Positions 1 through 13,474 of a stretch of 64,000 nt of DNA are shown piece by piece (position 1 is the first letter of the stretch; each line of letters begins with the position of its first letter). The stretch lies in the NCBI RefSeq assembly GCF_006345805.1, contig NC_043014.1:35154001-35218000 (forward strand), in the 5' to 3' direction. Below the pieces are notes generated by a model. It was given only the letters and a program-made list of their open reading frames with translations. It searched no databases and was not told the origin of the DNA. The translations under genes and the position numbers were made by a program. Source of the stretch: Octopus sinensis. Lineage: Eukaryota.

Positions 1-420
1 ACGTCCTATGGAACTTAGGCCATCGATGGTATTTCTCTACTGGTTTCAACTCTAGTCTGTACTCTTTTAGGTCTTGTTGATTTTGAATCGTCAATGATGC
101 TTCTGTAACTTTTTTTTCTGCGTTGGAGCGTTGACCCTATCCTACGCAAACCCAATGTTTTTTTATCTCTGAGAAGGGTCTATATTGGTCTTTTCTTTGA
201 CTTGTCCAGCATGGGAGGAACCAACAAGAGCTTGCGTTCCACCTGCATATCTTTCAGAGTCATTGAAACACACAAGCCACCACACCGAACGTGGACCCTG
301 TGGTGGAATTCTACTATATGCGATCTCGTTCTATCAACAATTCGAATTTCGCTTCAAATTTGTATGTTTGTGATCAGTGTTAGAAATCTCCGAGCAAATG
401 GAATTCCTTTGGCTTCAATA
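1..420 (-). mobile_element. Degenerate LINE (RTE-like) 3' remnant
   Basis: Minus strand gives fragmentary RT-tail-like peptides (..DRVNA.., ..RLELKPVEKYHRW..) with stops and frameshifts. Boundaries approximate. Confidence 0.35.
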
Positions 421-544
421 TAAATAGTTGTCTGGTCATCTGAATTGCCAAATTAAATTAAATAGGATTAGATTGAATTAGATCAAATTAAATTGAATTA
501 AATTGCCAAATTAAATTAAAACTTATTATTTCACAGACACTTTG

Positions 545-790
545 ATTAAGGTAATTTTTCAGGCAGAATAAGCGTGACAGGTGTAAGAAAAAGCTGAATA
601 TAACTATTATTACCGTATTCCAATTCCATTGGTCAAAAACCTGAATAATTAAAAGATCTTATCATTATCGAACAACCTCCTAAAGTTCACTCCGATGGAA
701 GTAGTCTTAAAGAACCAATAATAAAACTGTATCTCTTTGAAAAAATAAAAATAACGTAGATCAACATGAATCAAAACAAAGAGACACCTT
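545..790 (-). mobile_element. Tc1-like transposase remnant
   Basis: Minus translation ..TLGGCSIMIRSFNYSGF*PMELEYGNNSYIQLFL.. resembles the Tc1 GGGSIMVWG.FSYSG.GPL segment; in-frame stops present. Confidence 0.45.
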
Positions 791-811
791 TCCCAACCAA
801 ATCAAACCAAC

Positions 812-1492
812 AGGAGTGGCTGTGTGGTAAGTAGCTTGCTTACCAACCACATGGTTCCGGGTTCAGTCCCACTGCGTGGCATCTTGGGCAAGTGTCTTCT
901 GCTATAGCCTCGGGCCGACCAATGCTTTGTGAGTGGATTTGGTAGACGGAAACTGAAAGAAGCCTGTCGTATATATGTATATATATATATATATCTATAT
1001 ATATATATATATATATCACTTTCACTTTGACCGACCAGTCCGTCAGGCGTCCATTTGACACTGCTGGTCACAGCACGCTGTCCACTCCTCTCTGGATCGC
1101 GCCTTTCTCATCCACGTGATCCCAATCGTCCTCTTGAAATCGTCACTCCACCGTCGTGGAGGTCTTCCGGGTGTTCTTTTCCGCTCACGCGGGTACCACT
1201 CGACAACTGCGTGCGTCCACCGATTATCGGTGAGCCGGGCGACGTGTCCAGCCCATCTATATATATATGTATGTGTGTGTATATGTTTGTGTTTCTGTGT
1301 TTGTCCCTCTAGCATTGTTTGCAACCGATGCTGGTGCATTTACGTCACTTAGCGGTTCGGCAAAAGAGACCGATAGAATAAGTACTGGGCTTACAAAGAA
1401 TAAGTCCCGGGGTCGAGTTGCTCGACGACTAAAGGCGGTGCTCCGGCATGGCCGCAGTCAAATGACTGAAACAAGTAAAAGAGTAAAAGAGT
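812..1492 (+). mobile_element. tRNA-derived CORE-like SINE (family A), interrupted by an RTE fragment
   Basis: Pol III-type head (GGAGTGGCTGTGTGGTAAG..GGTTCAGTCCC), CORE-like block GCATCTTGGGCAAGTGTCTT, central (TA)n/(TG)n, 3' half ending (GAGTAAAA)n. The same sequence recurs about 15 times in the window. Confidence 0.85.
1019..1256 (-). mobile_element. RTE-clade LINE 3' end inserted in the SINE microsatellite
   Basis: ORF 1043..1339(-) reads RWAGHVARLTDNRWTHAVVEWYPRERKRTPGRPPRRWSDDF..WMRKARSREEW, a typical RTE ORF C-terminus. Confidence 0.85.
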
Positions 1493-1919
1493 GTAAAATT
1501 TCAAATGGTTTCTACTTTTCTATTTTCTTTTTTTCTTTCTTTTGTATTGCTCTCCACAAATAATACCGTTTCGAATGTCATGTGTAGCGCTTATATTGCA
1601 TCCTCTTGTCTTCGTTCATGTAAACCGAAACCGTTGCTACTGAATTATCTGGTTTACATAGCGGATATCTTGCTTTGTCATACATGTGAGTTCGGATAAA
1701 TTTCGTTAGAATGGAACTGACGACAACGCGTCATTTAGTTCATGACCTGAACCCGTTCTAGTACGCCAAACGAACAAAAAGTCCACCGTCATGATTACCC
1801 TTCAGCACATTCACGCATGCGCACACACACAACACACACATACAGACACATACATATATACACATAAGTACATGCACATATACATATACATATGCATACA
1901 TGCTATAGTCCCGGGCATA

Positions 1920-2020
1920 TATGCTATAGCCCCGGGCCGACCAATGCCTTGTGAGTGGATTTGGTAGACGGAAACTGAAGAAGCCTGTCGTATATATGTA
2001 TATAATATATATATATATAT

Positions 2021-2092
<72 letters not shown>

Positions 2093-2300
2093 TTGTGTGT
2101 CTGTGTTTGTCCCCCTAGAATTGCTTGACAACCAATGCTGGTGTGTTTATGTACCCGTCACTTAGCGGTTCGGCAAAAGAGTCCGATAGAATAAGTACTG
2201 GGCTTACAAAGAATAAGTCGAATTTGCTCGACTAAAGGCGGTGCTCCAGCATGGCCGCAGTCAAATGACTGAAACAAGTAAAAGAGTAAAAGAGTAAAAG
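1920..2300 (+). mobile_element. Family A SINE, 5'-truncated
   Basis: Near-identical to 812-1492 from the CORE-like block through the GAGTAAAA tail. Confidence 0.8.
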
Positions 2301-2485
2301 AGTATACATATATACGTATGTGTATACAGCGCGTGCTCGCGCGCACACAGCCACAGTCATAACCACACACATACATGCATAAGTGACCGATGGACGTTCT
2401 GATTTTGACATAGATATTGTCGGGTGGAACTGTGCCAATGACACTATTAAATAGTTCAATAACATTATATTGTAGAATTTTAACC

Positions 2486-3495
<1,010 letters not shown>

Positions 3496-3496
3496 A

Positions 3497-3921
3497 GTCA
3501 TCCCATAAGTCCTGTCCGAATTTTGAATAAAGAAAACAAGTGATCAAATGTTATATTTAATTGAAATTTAGTCATCAATGTACTTTCCTTGATTATCTAT
3601 GACTTCCTCCCATCTATTTACAAGCTTTTTAATCCCATCAATATAAAACTCTTTTGGTTTCAAAGCAAAGAACTCTGAAATGTCAGTTTCGACCTCCTCC
3701 TGGCTTGCGAAAGTTATGTCCCCCAAAATTATTCTGTAAACTACGAAACAAATGGTAGTCTGAAGGAGCAAGATCGGGAGAATAAGGTGGATGAGGATTT
3801 TTTTCCAAACCAAGCTCTTCGATCTTCTGTGATGTGATCTTTGCAGTGTGGGGTGAAATAACTTCGTAAATAAAGTTTTTCTCAAAAATGCTAAGAGTAA
3901 AAGATGTTTTATATGACACAT
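3497..3921 (-). mobile_element. Mariner transposase C-terminal remnant with right-end TIR region
   Basis: PHPPYSPDLAPSDYHLFRSLQNNF (mariner YSPDLAP motif) and, in another frame, FYIDGIKKLVNRWEEVIDNQGKYIDD; frameshifted. Confidence 0.9.
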
Positions 3922-4689
3922 TCTACCAGTGTCCGAAGTTTGAAAGTGTTTAGTTACAAAAATTATTTTTTAAATCTGTCGGTCAAAAGGTAAAGATCCT
4001 TTTCCTATTTGAACCTGTCTTTCAATGTGTAGTCATGCTTACTCTAGTAAATATGTGTGCATGTATGTATGTATGTATGTATGTATGTATGTATGTATGT
4101 ATGTATGTATGTATGTATGTATGTATGTATGTATGTATGTATGTCAGAGTTATCCCAGTTACCTGAGTTACCTTCTCCTAGAAGGATGCCCTAACAAAGG
4201 CTAGGAGTCCTTCACTCCCAATGGTTACCGATGATGTTGACTTGTTATTATTTTCGGATTATGGCTGCTGTTGCTTAGTGAGTGGGATTGACTCAGTGCA
4301 CAGCCTTTCCTCATTTCAAAAGAAATCTTCTTGCACAGACATTGCACGATAACAACATAGATTAAGCTTCGTGCAATGGCCATACTCGGTAACGAGGGGG
4401 CAGCCACCATGTGTATGTATGTGTATGTATGTTGTGTTATGTTTATGTATGTATGTATGTATGTATGTATGTATGCGTATGTATGCATGTATTTGTATTT
4501 TTGTATTATGCATGCATGCATGTATGTATGTATGTATGTATGTATGTAGGTATGTATGTATGTATGTATGTATGTATGTATGTATGTATGTATGCAAGTA
4601 TGTATGTATGCATGTATGTATGCATGCATGTATCTATGGTATATAAGCATGCATGTATGTGTATCTATATAAACTTAGATAGGTTTCGG

Positions 4690-6240
4690 CAAGTATAGGC
4701 CCAGGCCGTGTCTAACTTAATAGCACCATCTAGTGAAGTCTTTTAGATCGCGATTCACACCTCAGTCATATATGGGACACCATAGCCCACTCTAGCAAAG
4801 AGTTTTAATTTGGAGACATATCCGGGTGTAGGAGGTTGGTTCGGGATTTCTTTTGAGAAATTTGTCCAGAGAACTTTTGAATTTTATGGGACCTGTTTCC
4901 GTTTTGATGAATTTTGGGGTAATATTAGTGGGAGCTGGACCGGTTGAGGTAAAGTAGTTGTATCGTAATGCTACGTGTATTGGATTCGATTTTTGTAGTA
5001 GGCATATAGCACGGGGCCAAGTCTTAAAATTGATGCCAACTTCATTTGTGCAAATTGATGGAATATTTTCCACATCATACAAATGATGTAGCGCTCACAG
5101 CGGTGTTAGAGAGAGTAGAGATTAACTTTTTTTAGTCAACCCCAGTAGTCAATGCCTGTCATGCCGTCTATCTTTTTAATTATTTCTAGTTATTTAAGGT
5201 AGAGTCGGGCAAAAGTATAATAGAGAAGGATGATGGTGTGAGCATCTCTACACCAGAAAATTCTCAGTCTCCAGGCGCACATCTTGCGGGCCAAATCAAC
5301 CTTACTGTTTAAGTGGGAACTCCAGCTTAGATTACTCCAGGGTCTCTAGTGTTGTTGGATGACACTAGGGAGTCGCCTGAGAGAAGGGCATATGGTAGTT
5401 TCAGAGTATCCTCATTTCCAAAGTGGATCAAATTAAACTTATCTTCATTTAGATGCATATTATTCTTTTCCGCCCATTGGACATCAACAAATAGGTCTGA
5501 CAGAAGGTATGTTCGGTCTCCCATACCGTTCATGGTCTTCTGGAGCTTGGAATAATCTGCAGTGTTGATGACGTCTACAATGACATTGATGTAGATAATG
5601 AAGAGGAGTGGGCCCAACACAGTGCCTTGTGGGACACCACTACTGATTTTGACTGAGCTTGATCGGATTCTCTCAACCACAACATGTTGGGTTCTCTTTG
5701 TCAGGAAACACTTTATCCACTGCAGCAGCTTTCCACAGACACCAATGTTGGACAGTTTCTTCAGCTGAATTTTGCGGTCCACTCTGTCAAAAGATTTGCT
5801 GAAATCAAGGTATATGACATCAGTGTTGGAGCCTTCTGCCAAAGCTTTTAAAATGAAATCAAAATGGCGGAGAAGCTGCGACAGGCCGTCCTTGCCATCA
5901 TGGAAATCATGCTGGTTGGGGTTCAGCAGATTGTTGTCTTCGAGGAAGTGGGTTATTCGTAATCTCACCACCCTCTCAAATACTTTAATGATATGGAAGG
6001 TGAGTGAAATCGGACGGTAGTTCGCTGCAAGAGATTTGTTTCCCTTTTTGAAAACTGGAACGATAGACTGTGAAAGAAAATGATCAGGAATATAGCTCAG
6101 TAAGAGGGGGTGCAATTTGATATCAACACATCTTTAAGAAAGCTGCTGCAGTGGCTAAAGTGTTTCCTAACGAGCAGAAACCCAACATGTTGTGGTTGAA
6201 GGAATACGATCAAGATCAGCAAACATATTTCTTTATTCTC
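4690..6240 (-). mobile_element. CR1/L2-group LINE reverse transcriptase remnant
   Basis: ORF 5327..6115(-): PVFKKG..NYRPISLT..KVFERVV..DVIYLDFSKSFDRV..SGVPQGTVLGPLLFIIYIN; the YADD motif is degenerate. Confidence 0.9.
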
Positions 6241-6469
6241 ATATTTCCTTGTATAGTTCTTATATCTCTCCCTTTTCAAAATAACTTCTTATATTGGACT
6301 CTACTATTTCCTTCTGCTTAACTCTCTCATATCGTCTCTGATAATGGGATATCTTTTATATCCTCGAAACAGCTGTAAGACTACCTTTCTCTTTATAAAT
6401 GACCTGGAAATTTCCCACTGCCTTAGCTTTGTTGTCTTATTTTATTTAACATATGTGCGTGTGCATGTA

Positions 6470-6500
<31 letters not shown>

Positions 6501-6657
6501 TGTGTTATGTGCGTGAGCGTGTGTGTGTGTTTGTCTGTGAGTCTGGATGTGTGTGTGTGAACATATTTGTTGAATAAGTATGTTTTGTGTGTATGCCATA
6601 ATCTTATCTATGTTCCGCACATTTCCCTCAAGTTTCCATACATAACGCGCTCACACA

Positions 6658-6697
<40 letters not shown>

Positions 6698-8664
6698 TAC
6701 ACACAACCAGTACACACACTGAGAATGTACGCATCCGGTTTTCTAATACATAACGTTCATTCAGCCGGAACTACCTTTCCCCCTTTCCTCTCTTTTGTAC
6801 ACACAAACATGCATATATACATTTACATATTTCTACATATGCAGTAACACTCTGGTACACGCACTCACCCACTCACGTACGCATGCATGTACACATACAC
6901 ACGCACACACGCTCACTCACACACACACGAGTTTTTAGATTTGCATTGAAAATGTATTTGCAACAAAATATTGTCAGCTATAGACGACATTATACACACA
7001 CACACACACACACACACCACACACACACACGGTATCTCACAGAAGTATGTACACCGCTAAAAATTTCAGTAAAATTACCATTACTCTGAAAATTGCCGTT
7101 ACTCTGATAATATTGAAGGAAATCAAACGAAATTTATTCTGAATAAAATATATTATATATGCAGGCATTATCCAAATTTGGAACACAAAACAAAAAACTT
7201 TTTCAAAGATATCAACGAAATATTAATTTTCAAACGTTACAAAAATTTGTACACCCGAAAGGATTATTTGCTATATACAATGTTTGGTGTGACTGCATTA
7301 AGCCTTCAAGTCTTCTGGGCATAAAATCAACTAAATTTCCGTGTATAACCGATGGAATCGACCTTGAGAAACCAAATAGTCTTTCCTTCCTTCATGCCAA
7401 GTTTGAAAAAATATATCTCTTTTCCATCTCTCTTTTTTTTGGTCTCTTAAATATACTGCATTTTGTGGCGTTATTTCAGCCAGCCGGATTTTTTTGCGCA
7501 AACTGCACGTGCATTTTTCTCGCGTACACGTAGTATCGATCGCAACAGCTGATGTACTTGCGCGTACAAATGCACGTTCCCACGGGTTTATCGATTGCAT
7601 TCTCACCTGGAATCGATTTTTAAAATTTTTTCAAGACTTATACACGCCCTGATACTGTCGGTATCTACATATCAAATTTGAGCGCAATCGGATGGAGGAT
7701 GCCCAAGATACTAGAAGACACACACACACACAGGACGGATTTTATATAATATATATATATAATTGTTAAAGAGGACAAAAAGCGTCTCTTTAACCGTTAC
7801 ATATCCGCTATATCGGAAATCTACAATGGCTCCAGAACTACCGTCTCGGCTATAACATTCGAGACCTCCTTTTATCTGTTACAGCACTTACCTAGCGTAC
7901 CTAGTCGTCTAGATGACCTGTGATCTAAACGCCCATATTTTGCATACATATAAATATATATGGAAAGGGTGAGAGAAAGAGTGAAAGAAAGAGAGATACA
8001 TATATGCACATGCATATAAGTTCACGTGCTTATTCCTCACTCACACACGCGCGCCTGCACGACTCATTCATCCGGAAAAGTACACATTATATCACAATTC
8101 TTTAAGTTGATACTTCAGGCTAAGCTCTCATTATCACCTTACTTGTATGTAAGATTCAGTTACTTTTAGATCTTATCAAACAATTTACTCAACATTTTAC
8201 GACGGACTAAGGTAACCTTTGGACTTTATGTAATCTAGATGCAGACATAGCTGTTGACACCGATGAAAATATATAGCTTTCGCCAAAGTGAATGAAATTC
8301 TTTCATTTATTATTTTTCGTTCTTAATCTTTTATCGTTTACTTGTTTCAGTCATTAGACAGCGGCCATACTGAGGCACTACCTTGAAGTATTAGTCGAAA
8401 TTTAGTACCCCAGTACTAATTTTTTTAATGTCTGGTACTTATTCTATCGGTGTCTTTTTTTGCAAAAAACGCTAAGTTACTAGGAACACAAACAAACCAA
8501 CAACGGTTGCAAGCTGTGCAGGGGAAACTACACAAATATAAAGACACAAACACACACACACACACACACAAGACACACAGACACACACAGACACACACAC
8601 ACACAGACACATACACACGCACACACATATATGCATGCATGCATACATACATTCATACGTACAT

Positions 8665-8962
8665 ACATAGTACGTCACCGTGACCGACCAGCCTATTAGA
8701 TGTTGCTACACATCGCTGCTACAATGCGCTTAGCATTGTTTTAGCCTTCAAATGACGCCACCCCGCTGGCTAACCGAGCAGGCCAACAGAAGAAAGAGTG
8801 AGAGAAAGTTGTGGCGAAAGAGTACAGCAGGGATCGTCACCACCCACTGCCGGAGCCTCGTAGAGCTATAGGTGTTTTCGCTCAATAAACACTCACAACG
8901 CCCGGTCTGGGAATCGAAACCGCGAGTCCGCTGCCCTAACCACTGGGCCATTGCGCCTCCAC
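8665..8962 (-). mobile_element. tRNA-derived SINE family C
   Basis: Reverse complement of the GGAGGCGCAATGGCCCAGTGGTTAGGGCAGCGG head; matches copies at 35947-36330(+) and 63285-63565(-). Confidence 0.8.
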
Positions 8963-8980
8963 ACGTACGTACGTATATAT

Positions 8981-9014
<34 letters not shown>

Positions 9015-9742
9015 ATATATATATATATATATTATATATATATATATATATATAAATATTTATAAATAGATGAGTGTATTTTACCTTGTTAACATTAACA
9101 CGGAAAAATAAATAAATAGTTACCAGGGCAGCAAAAATCTCACAAGTAAAGGTGTTGTAACTCCTTGTTATAAAGGTTGAAACTTTCGTGTTTACGTTGA
9201 ATATTTTGAATAATCTGAATACAAAATGGAGTTAACGCAGGTGTAAACAAGTATTTTATTTCGACACGTTTCGAAATTCCACTGACTACTATTCAAAAGA
9301 ATAAATGGTATATAAACAATGCAATCTTCTCTTCGGAAAGTGAAAAAAACGAAACTCGTCAATACGACATTTTAGCAAAAAATGATGGATTTGTATAGCG
9401 ATAGACAGAACGCTATTAATATTGTTAAAAAAACGTTATATGAGAGAACGTCATAAGTAGCTACAGAAAGAGTGGGATATTAATAGTGAATGTTAAATAT
9501 AAAGGGAATTAAAGTTTAAATTATATATAATGATAGAGACTACTTATATGCACTAAATGTATATTTTTGCCAATGCTTACATCTGTATGCTCGCTCTATA
9601 ACCGTGTTTACTAGAGTATTTTTAGAAAAAAATATGAAAAAATAGCTCAGAATTGCAGAGAGACAGAATTCTTGCCTTTGTCATATGGTATCGAAATTGA
9701 GAGGATCAACCATTCTAAATGAAATTTGTTCATTGTGGTCTT

Positions 9743-9842
9743 NNNNNNNNNNNNNNNNNNNNNNNNNNNNNNNNNNNNNNNNNNNNNNNNNNNNNNNNNN
9801 NNNNNNNNNNNNNNNNNNNNNNNNNNNNNNNNNNNNNNNNNN
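9743..9842. other. Assembly gap (100 N)
   Basis: Run of exactly 100 N next to a (CA)n tract; probably a placeholder size. Confidence 0.99.
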
Positions 9843-9879
9843 ACACACACCACACACACACACACACACACACCACACA

Positions 9880-9916
<37 letters not shown>

Positions 9917-10194
9917 GCACAAATGCGCATGTTAGTTGTCAGACAAGGTGATGAAAATACCACTCGAATATCAAAAGTAAAGTAAATTATGGAATTTTAG
10001 TGGCTCTGAAAACCTTCATAAATGTATCCTCACCAACCATTTCGTCTGCTCAAATTGGAACGCTTTCGTTCATATTCATTTAAACAAAATATTTGATTCT
10101 TTATAAAAACCTGGGACGGTGATGTCTGAACGCTTTTGATCATAGTTCTCCCAAACAATATGCATAAGAATATAATACATACATGCATGCCTAC

Positions 10195-10225
<31 letters not shown>

Positions 10226-10261
10226 CATACATACATACATACATACATACATACATACATT

Positions 10262-10915
10262 CGATCATCAAAGCAGTTTATTATGGACCAATAGCCGGAT
10301 TGTTACCTCCCACTTTGAAAGGTATGTGTTTGCAATCCAGGAATAGGAAATGTCAACCAAGTACCTGATGTACAAAAGTGATAGAGATGCTGGAAAAGCA
10401 GTAAAATGTGACAACCGATGCAGACTCTGAGGAGTTAATATCGAAGATATTACCCGCATCATAAGCAGTTTTCCGAAAATGTCATCACGGTTTATCTACC
10501 GATGAGACATGATGTTGGTTGTAGCTAGGACACTATAAAGAAATCCGTCGGAAAGCTAACCCCGAGGACAAAGAAATAAGAACACACAGTATGGTAGAAG
10601 CCATAACCACTCATAATAAAAAGGAGTATTGCTGGAATGCCCCAGTGTAGACCTCAATAAAATGTGAACACAACAGACCTGATATAATGATTTGGGATGG
10701 AGAATAGAAACTGTGCACAGTTGTGGAAATTAGCTGCCCAGTGGATGTTAACATAAAGCTAAAGATCAGTGAAAAAGTGAATACCTATGCTGAAATATCG
10801 AGAATTCTGCAGTTACTCTATCCAGATTACAAGTTCAGGTTTATACCAGTAATTATTGGGGTCCTGGGATATGTAATATACTGCCTAAATACCAATCTCG
10901 AGAAATGAGCATATC
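10262..10915 (+). mobile_element. RLE-type (R4/Dong-like) LINE 3' remnant
   Basis: HNRPDIMIWD..VEISCPVDVNIKLKISEKVNTY..FIPVIIGVLG resembles the PD-(D/E)xK restriction-like endonuclease of R4-group LINEs; stops present. Confidence 0.7.
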
Positions 10916-11144
10916 TAAATATGCAACTATATGCATGAGAATACATACATAAAGCAAAACATACAAATCTGCACATATACATACATACATAAATACATAC
11001 ATACATAAATACATACATACATATTTTCCATTCGTCCCGAGCGTCAAACTAATACACCTGCTTGTCGTTCTCTCACCTGTCTTCGTCTTCTGTTTTCTGT
11101 AAACTTGAACTATCTATATATATATATATATATATACATACAGG

Positions 11145-11501
11145 GTGAACACGTGGTATAAAACCGATAAATATCAAGGAGTAATGTTTGTAGAAGCCAC
11201 AGCCCATGGAGAACTTGCCCGTAGATTTAGGAAAGCTCCGAAGGAGACCAAACTGAAAATTAAGATTGTTGAAAAGTCAGGGAACTCCATCAGATCACAA
11301 CTATGTTGGATGTACCCATTTGAGAATACCATATGCACCAATGATAACTACATGTTATGTAAGATTAACTGTAGGACTAGAAATGTAGTCTACAGAATAA
11401 GATGCATAGAAGGTGCTTGTAAAGACATGAACATGACATACATAGGGGAGACATCTAGGAGCATTGCGGAAAGACTAAATGATCATTTGAGATATTTTTA
11501 G
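11145..11501 (+). mobile_element. Penelope-like element GIY-YIG endonuclease remnant
   Basis: ORF ..CRTRNVVYRIRC..MTYIGETSRSIAERLNDH (VVY-YIG, ET.R..R..H). Confidence 0.85.
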
Positions 11502-12281
11502 CTAACCTTACAACCACCCCAATGCTCAATGACAAAAAACAAAAAACAAAAAAGAAAAAAACAAACAAACATTAAACAATTTAAATATGTTTAATTACAA
11601 TTTAAATATGCATACAGAAAAATCTGTCTGGTCTCGCGACACATTCCTCCCAAAACCCGCTGCTCAGGTAGGACCCTTCCTTGGTTGATTGCTGTCAACA
11701 CGTGCTTCCTCGTAGGCGTTTCAAAGACTGTTTCTATGGCAACAGATAAAAGAGTTCTTGTTACTATCGAAACAAACATGAATGTGTCTGTGGCTTACGA
11801 TTAAGTAAAATTACCCAAATTTTCAAAGTTTAATTACTAATAACTCTTTATTTCCTGATTTATTGCGAAAAGTGCTTTCATGTCATTAATTAGCCTATAA
11901 AAGATTATCATTACACTGAATATGAAATAAATTGGAACAGAAAATTTATGCTGGTAGCAGCTGGTGACCAAGCAGAAAGATCTGAATACGTAAAAGGCAA
12001 AAGATAAAACAGTACTCTTTTTTAAATTAGTACACTGAAATAATATTTCTAGCGCGATAAAAATAAATAAAAAAATAATATTTAATTGTAGCTGTGTGGT
12101 AAGAAGTTTGCTTCCTAATCACATGGTTACGGGTTTAATTCCATTGCGTGGCATCTTGAGCAAGTCTCTTCTACTATATATAGCCTCTGTCCAATCAAAG
12201 CCTTGTTAGTGGATTTGGTAGACGGAAACTGAAAGAAGCCCGTTGTGCATATATATATATATATATATAATATATATATAT

Positions 12282-12329
<48 letters not shown>

Positions 12330-12356
12330 GGTTTCTCTCCTTGTTTTTTCTGTGTA

Positions 12357-12394
12357 TCTTTCTGTCGAAGAGCGTAGGCTCGAAACGTAAAAGA
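12357..12394 (+). ncRNA. Minimal type I hammerhead ribozyme motif (Penelope-type), core variant
   Basis: TCTTT-CTGTCGA-A-GAGC(GTAG)GCTC-GAAA-CG-TA-AAAGA: 5-bp stem I, 4-bp stem II, CG palindromic stem III, GUA cleavage triplet. The core is CUGUCGA rather than CUGANGA. Confidence 0.55.
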
Positions 12395-12447
12395 CTTTTT
12401 CTATTCCTGAGCGCTACACTAATTTGTTTATTTTCGTAAACTTTTCC

Positions 12448-12508
<61 letters not shown>

Positions 12509-12789
12509 CATTATATATGTCTTGGGTGTGTATCTGTGTGTTTGTCCCCCCTCAGTCACTTGACAACCGGTGTTGGTGTGTTTGTGTCCCCGTAACTTAG
12601 CTGCTCGGCACAAGAGACCGATAGAATAAGTACCACTCTTAAAAAAGAAAAAAAGAAGTACTGGGATCGATTCATTCGACTAAAAATTTTAGGTGGTGCC
12701 CCAGCATGGCTGCAATCTAGTAACTGAAACAAGTAAAAGAATCAAATTTAGTCTTTTAACGTTTATAATTTGAACTGTAATATAATTGA

Positions 12790-13111
12790 TGGTTGCTCTT
12801 TTACTCCTTTACTTGTTTCAGTCATTTGATTTCGGCCATGCTGGAGCACAGCCTTTTAGTCGAGCAAATCGACCCCAGGACTTATTTTTTTGTAAGCCTA
12901 GTACTTATTCTATCGTTCTCCTTTTGTCGAACCGCTAGGTTACGGGGACGTAGACACACCAGCATCGGTTGTCAAGCGATGTTGGGGGACGAACACAGGC
13001 ACACAAACACACGCACACACACACACACACCACGTATATATATGTAATATGTATATATATAGTGTGTATATATATATGTGTATATATATATATATTATAT
13101 ATAGTATATGG

Positions 13112-13169
<58 letters not shown>

Positions 13170-13180
13170 TATATATATAT

Positions 13181-13237
<57 letters not shown>

Positions 13238-13325
13238 TATACGGCAGCGGCTTCTTTCAGTTTCCGTCTACCAAATCCACTCACAAGGCTTTAATCGGCC
13301 CGAAGCTATAGTAGAAGACACTTGG
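12790..13325 (-). mobile_element. Family A SINE with expanded internal microsatellite
   Basis: Reverse complement of both family A halves separated by (CA)n/(TA)n. Confidence 0.8.
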
Positions 13326-13346
13326 GTATACAGTATGTTACGCTGC

Positions 13347-13377
<31 letters not shown>

Positions 13378-13443
13378 TGTATGTATGTATGTATGTATGT
13401 ATGTATGTATGTATGTATGTATGTATACAGTATGTTACGCTGC

Positions 13444-13474
<31 letters not shown>

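Noticed and set aside
4160-4232. HDV-like ribozyme resemblance on the minus strand (AAGG-ACTCCTAG-CCTT, GGGCATCC..AGGAGAAGGTAACTC) in an RTE 5'-like repeat
   Set aside because: P2, P3 and L3-like parts are visible, but I could not identify a proper P1 with G1 or the catalytic C in J4/2. It needs a descriptor search.
9647-9742. Minus-strand peptide TTMNKFHLEWLILSISIPYDKG next to the gap as the missing CTR exon
   Set aside because: Wrong strand for the CTR gene, motif spacing does not match, and it would need a GC donor plus contig misorientation.
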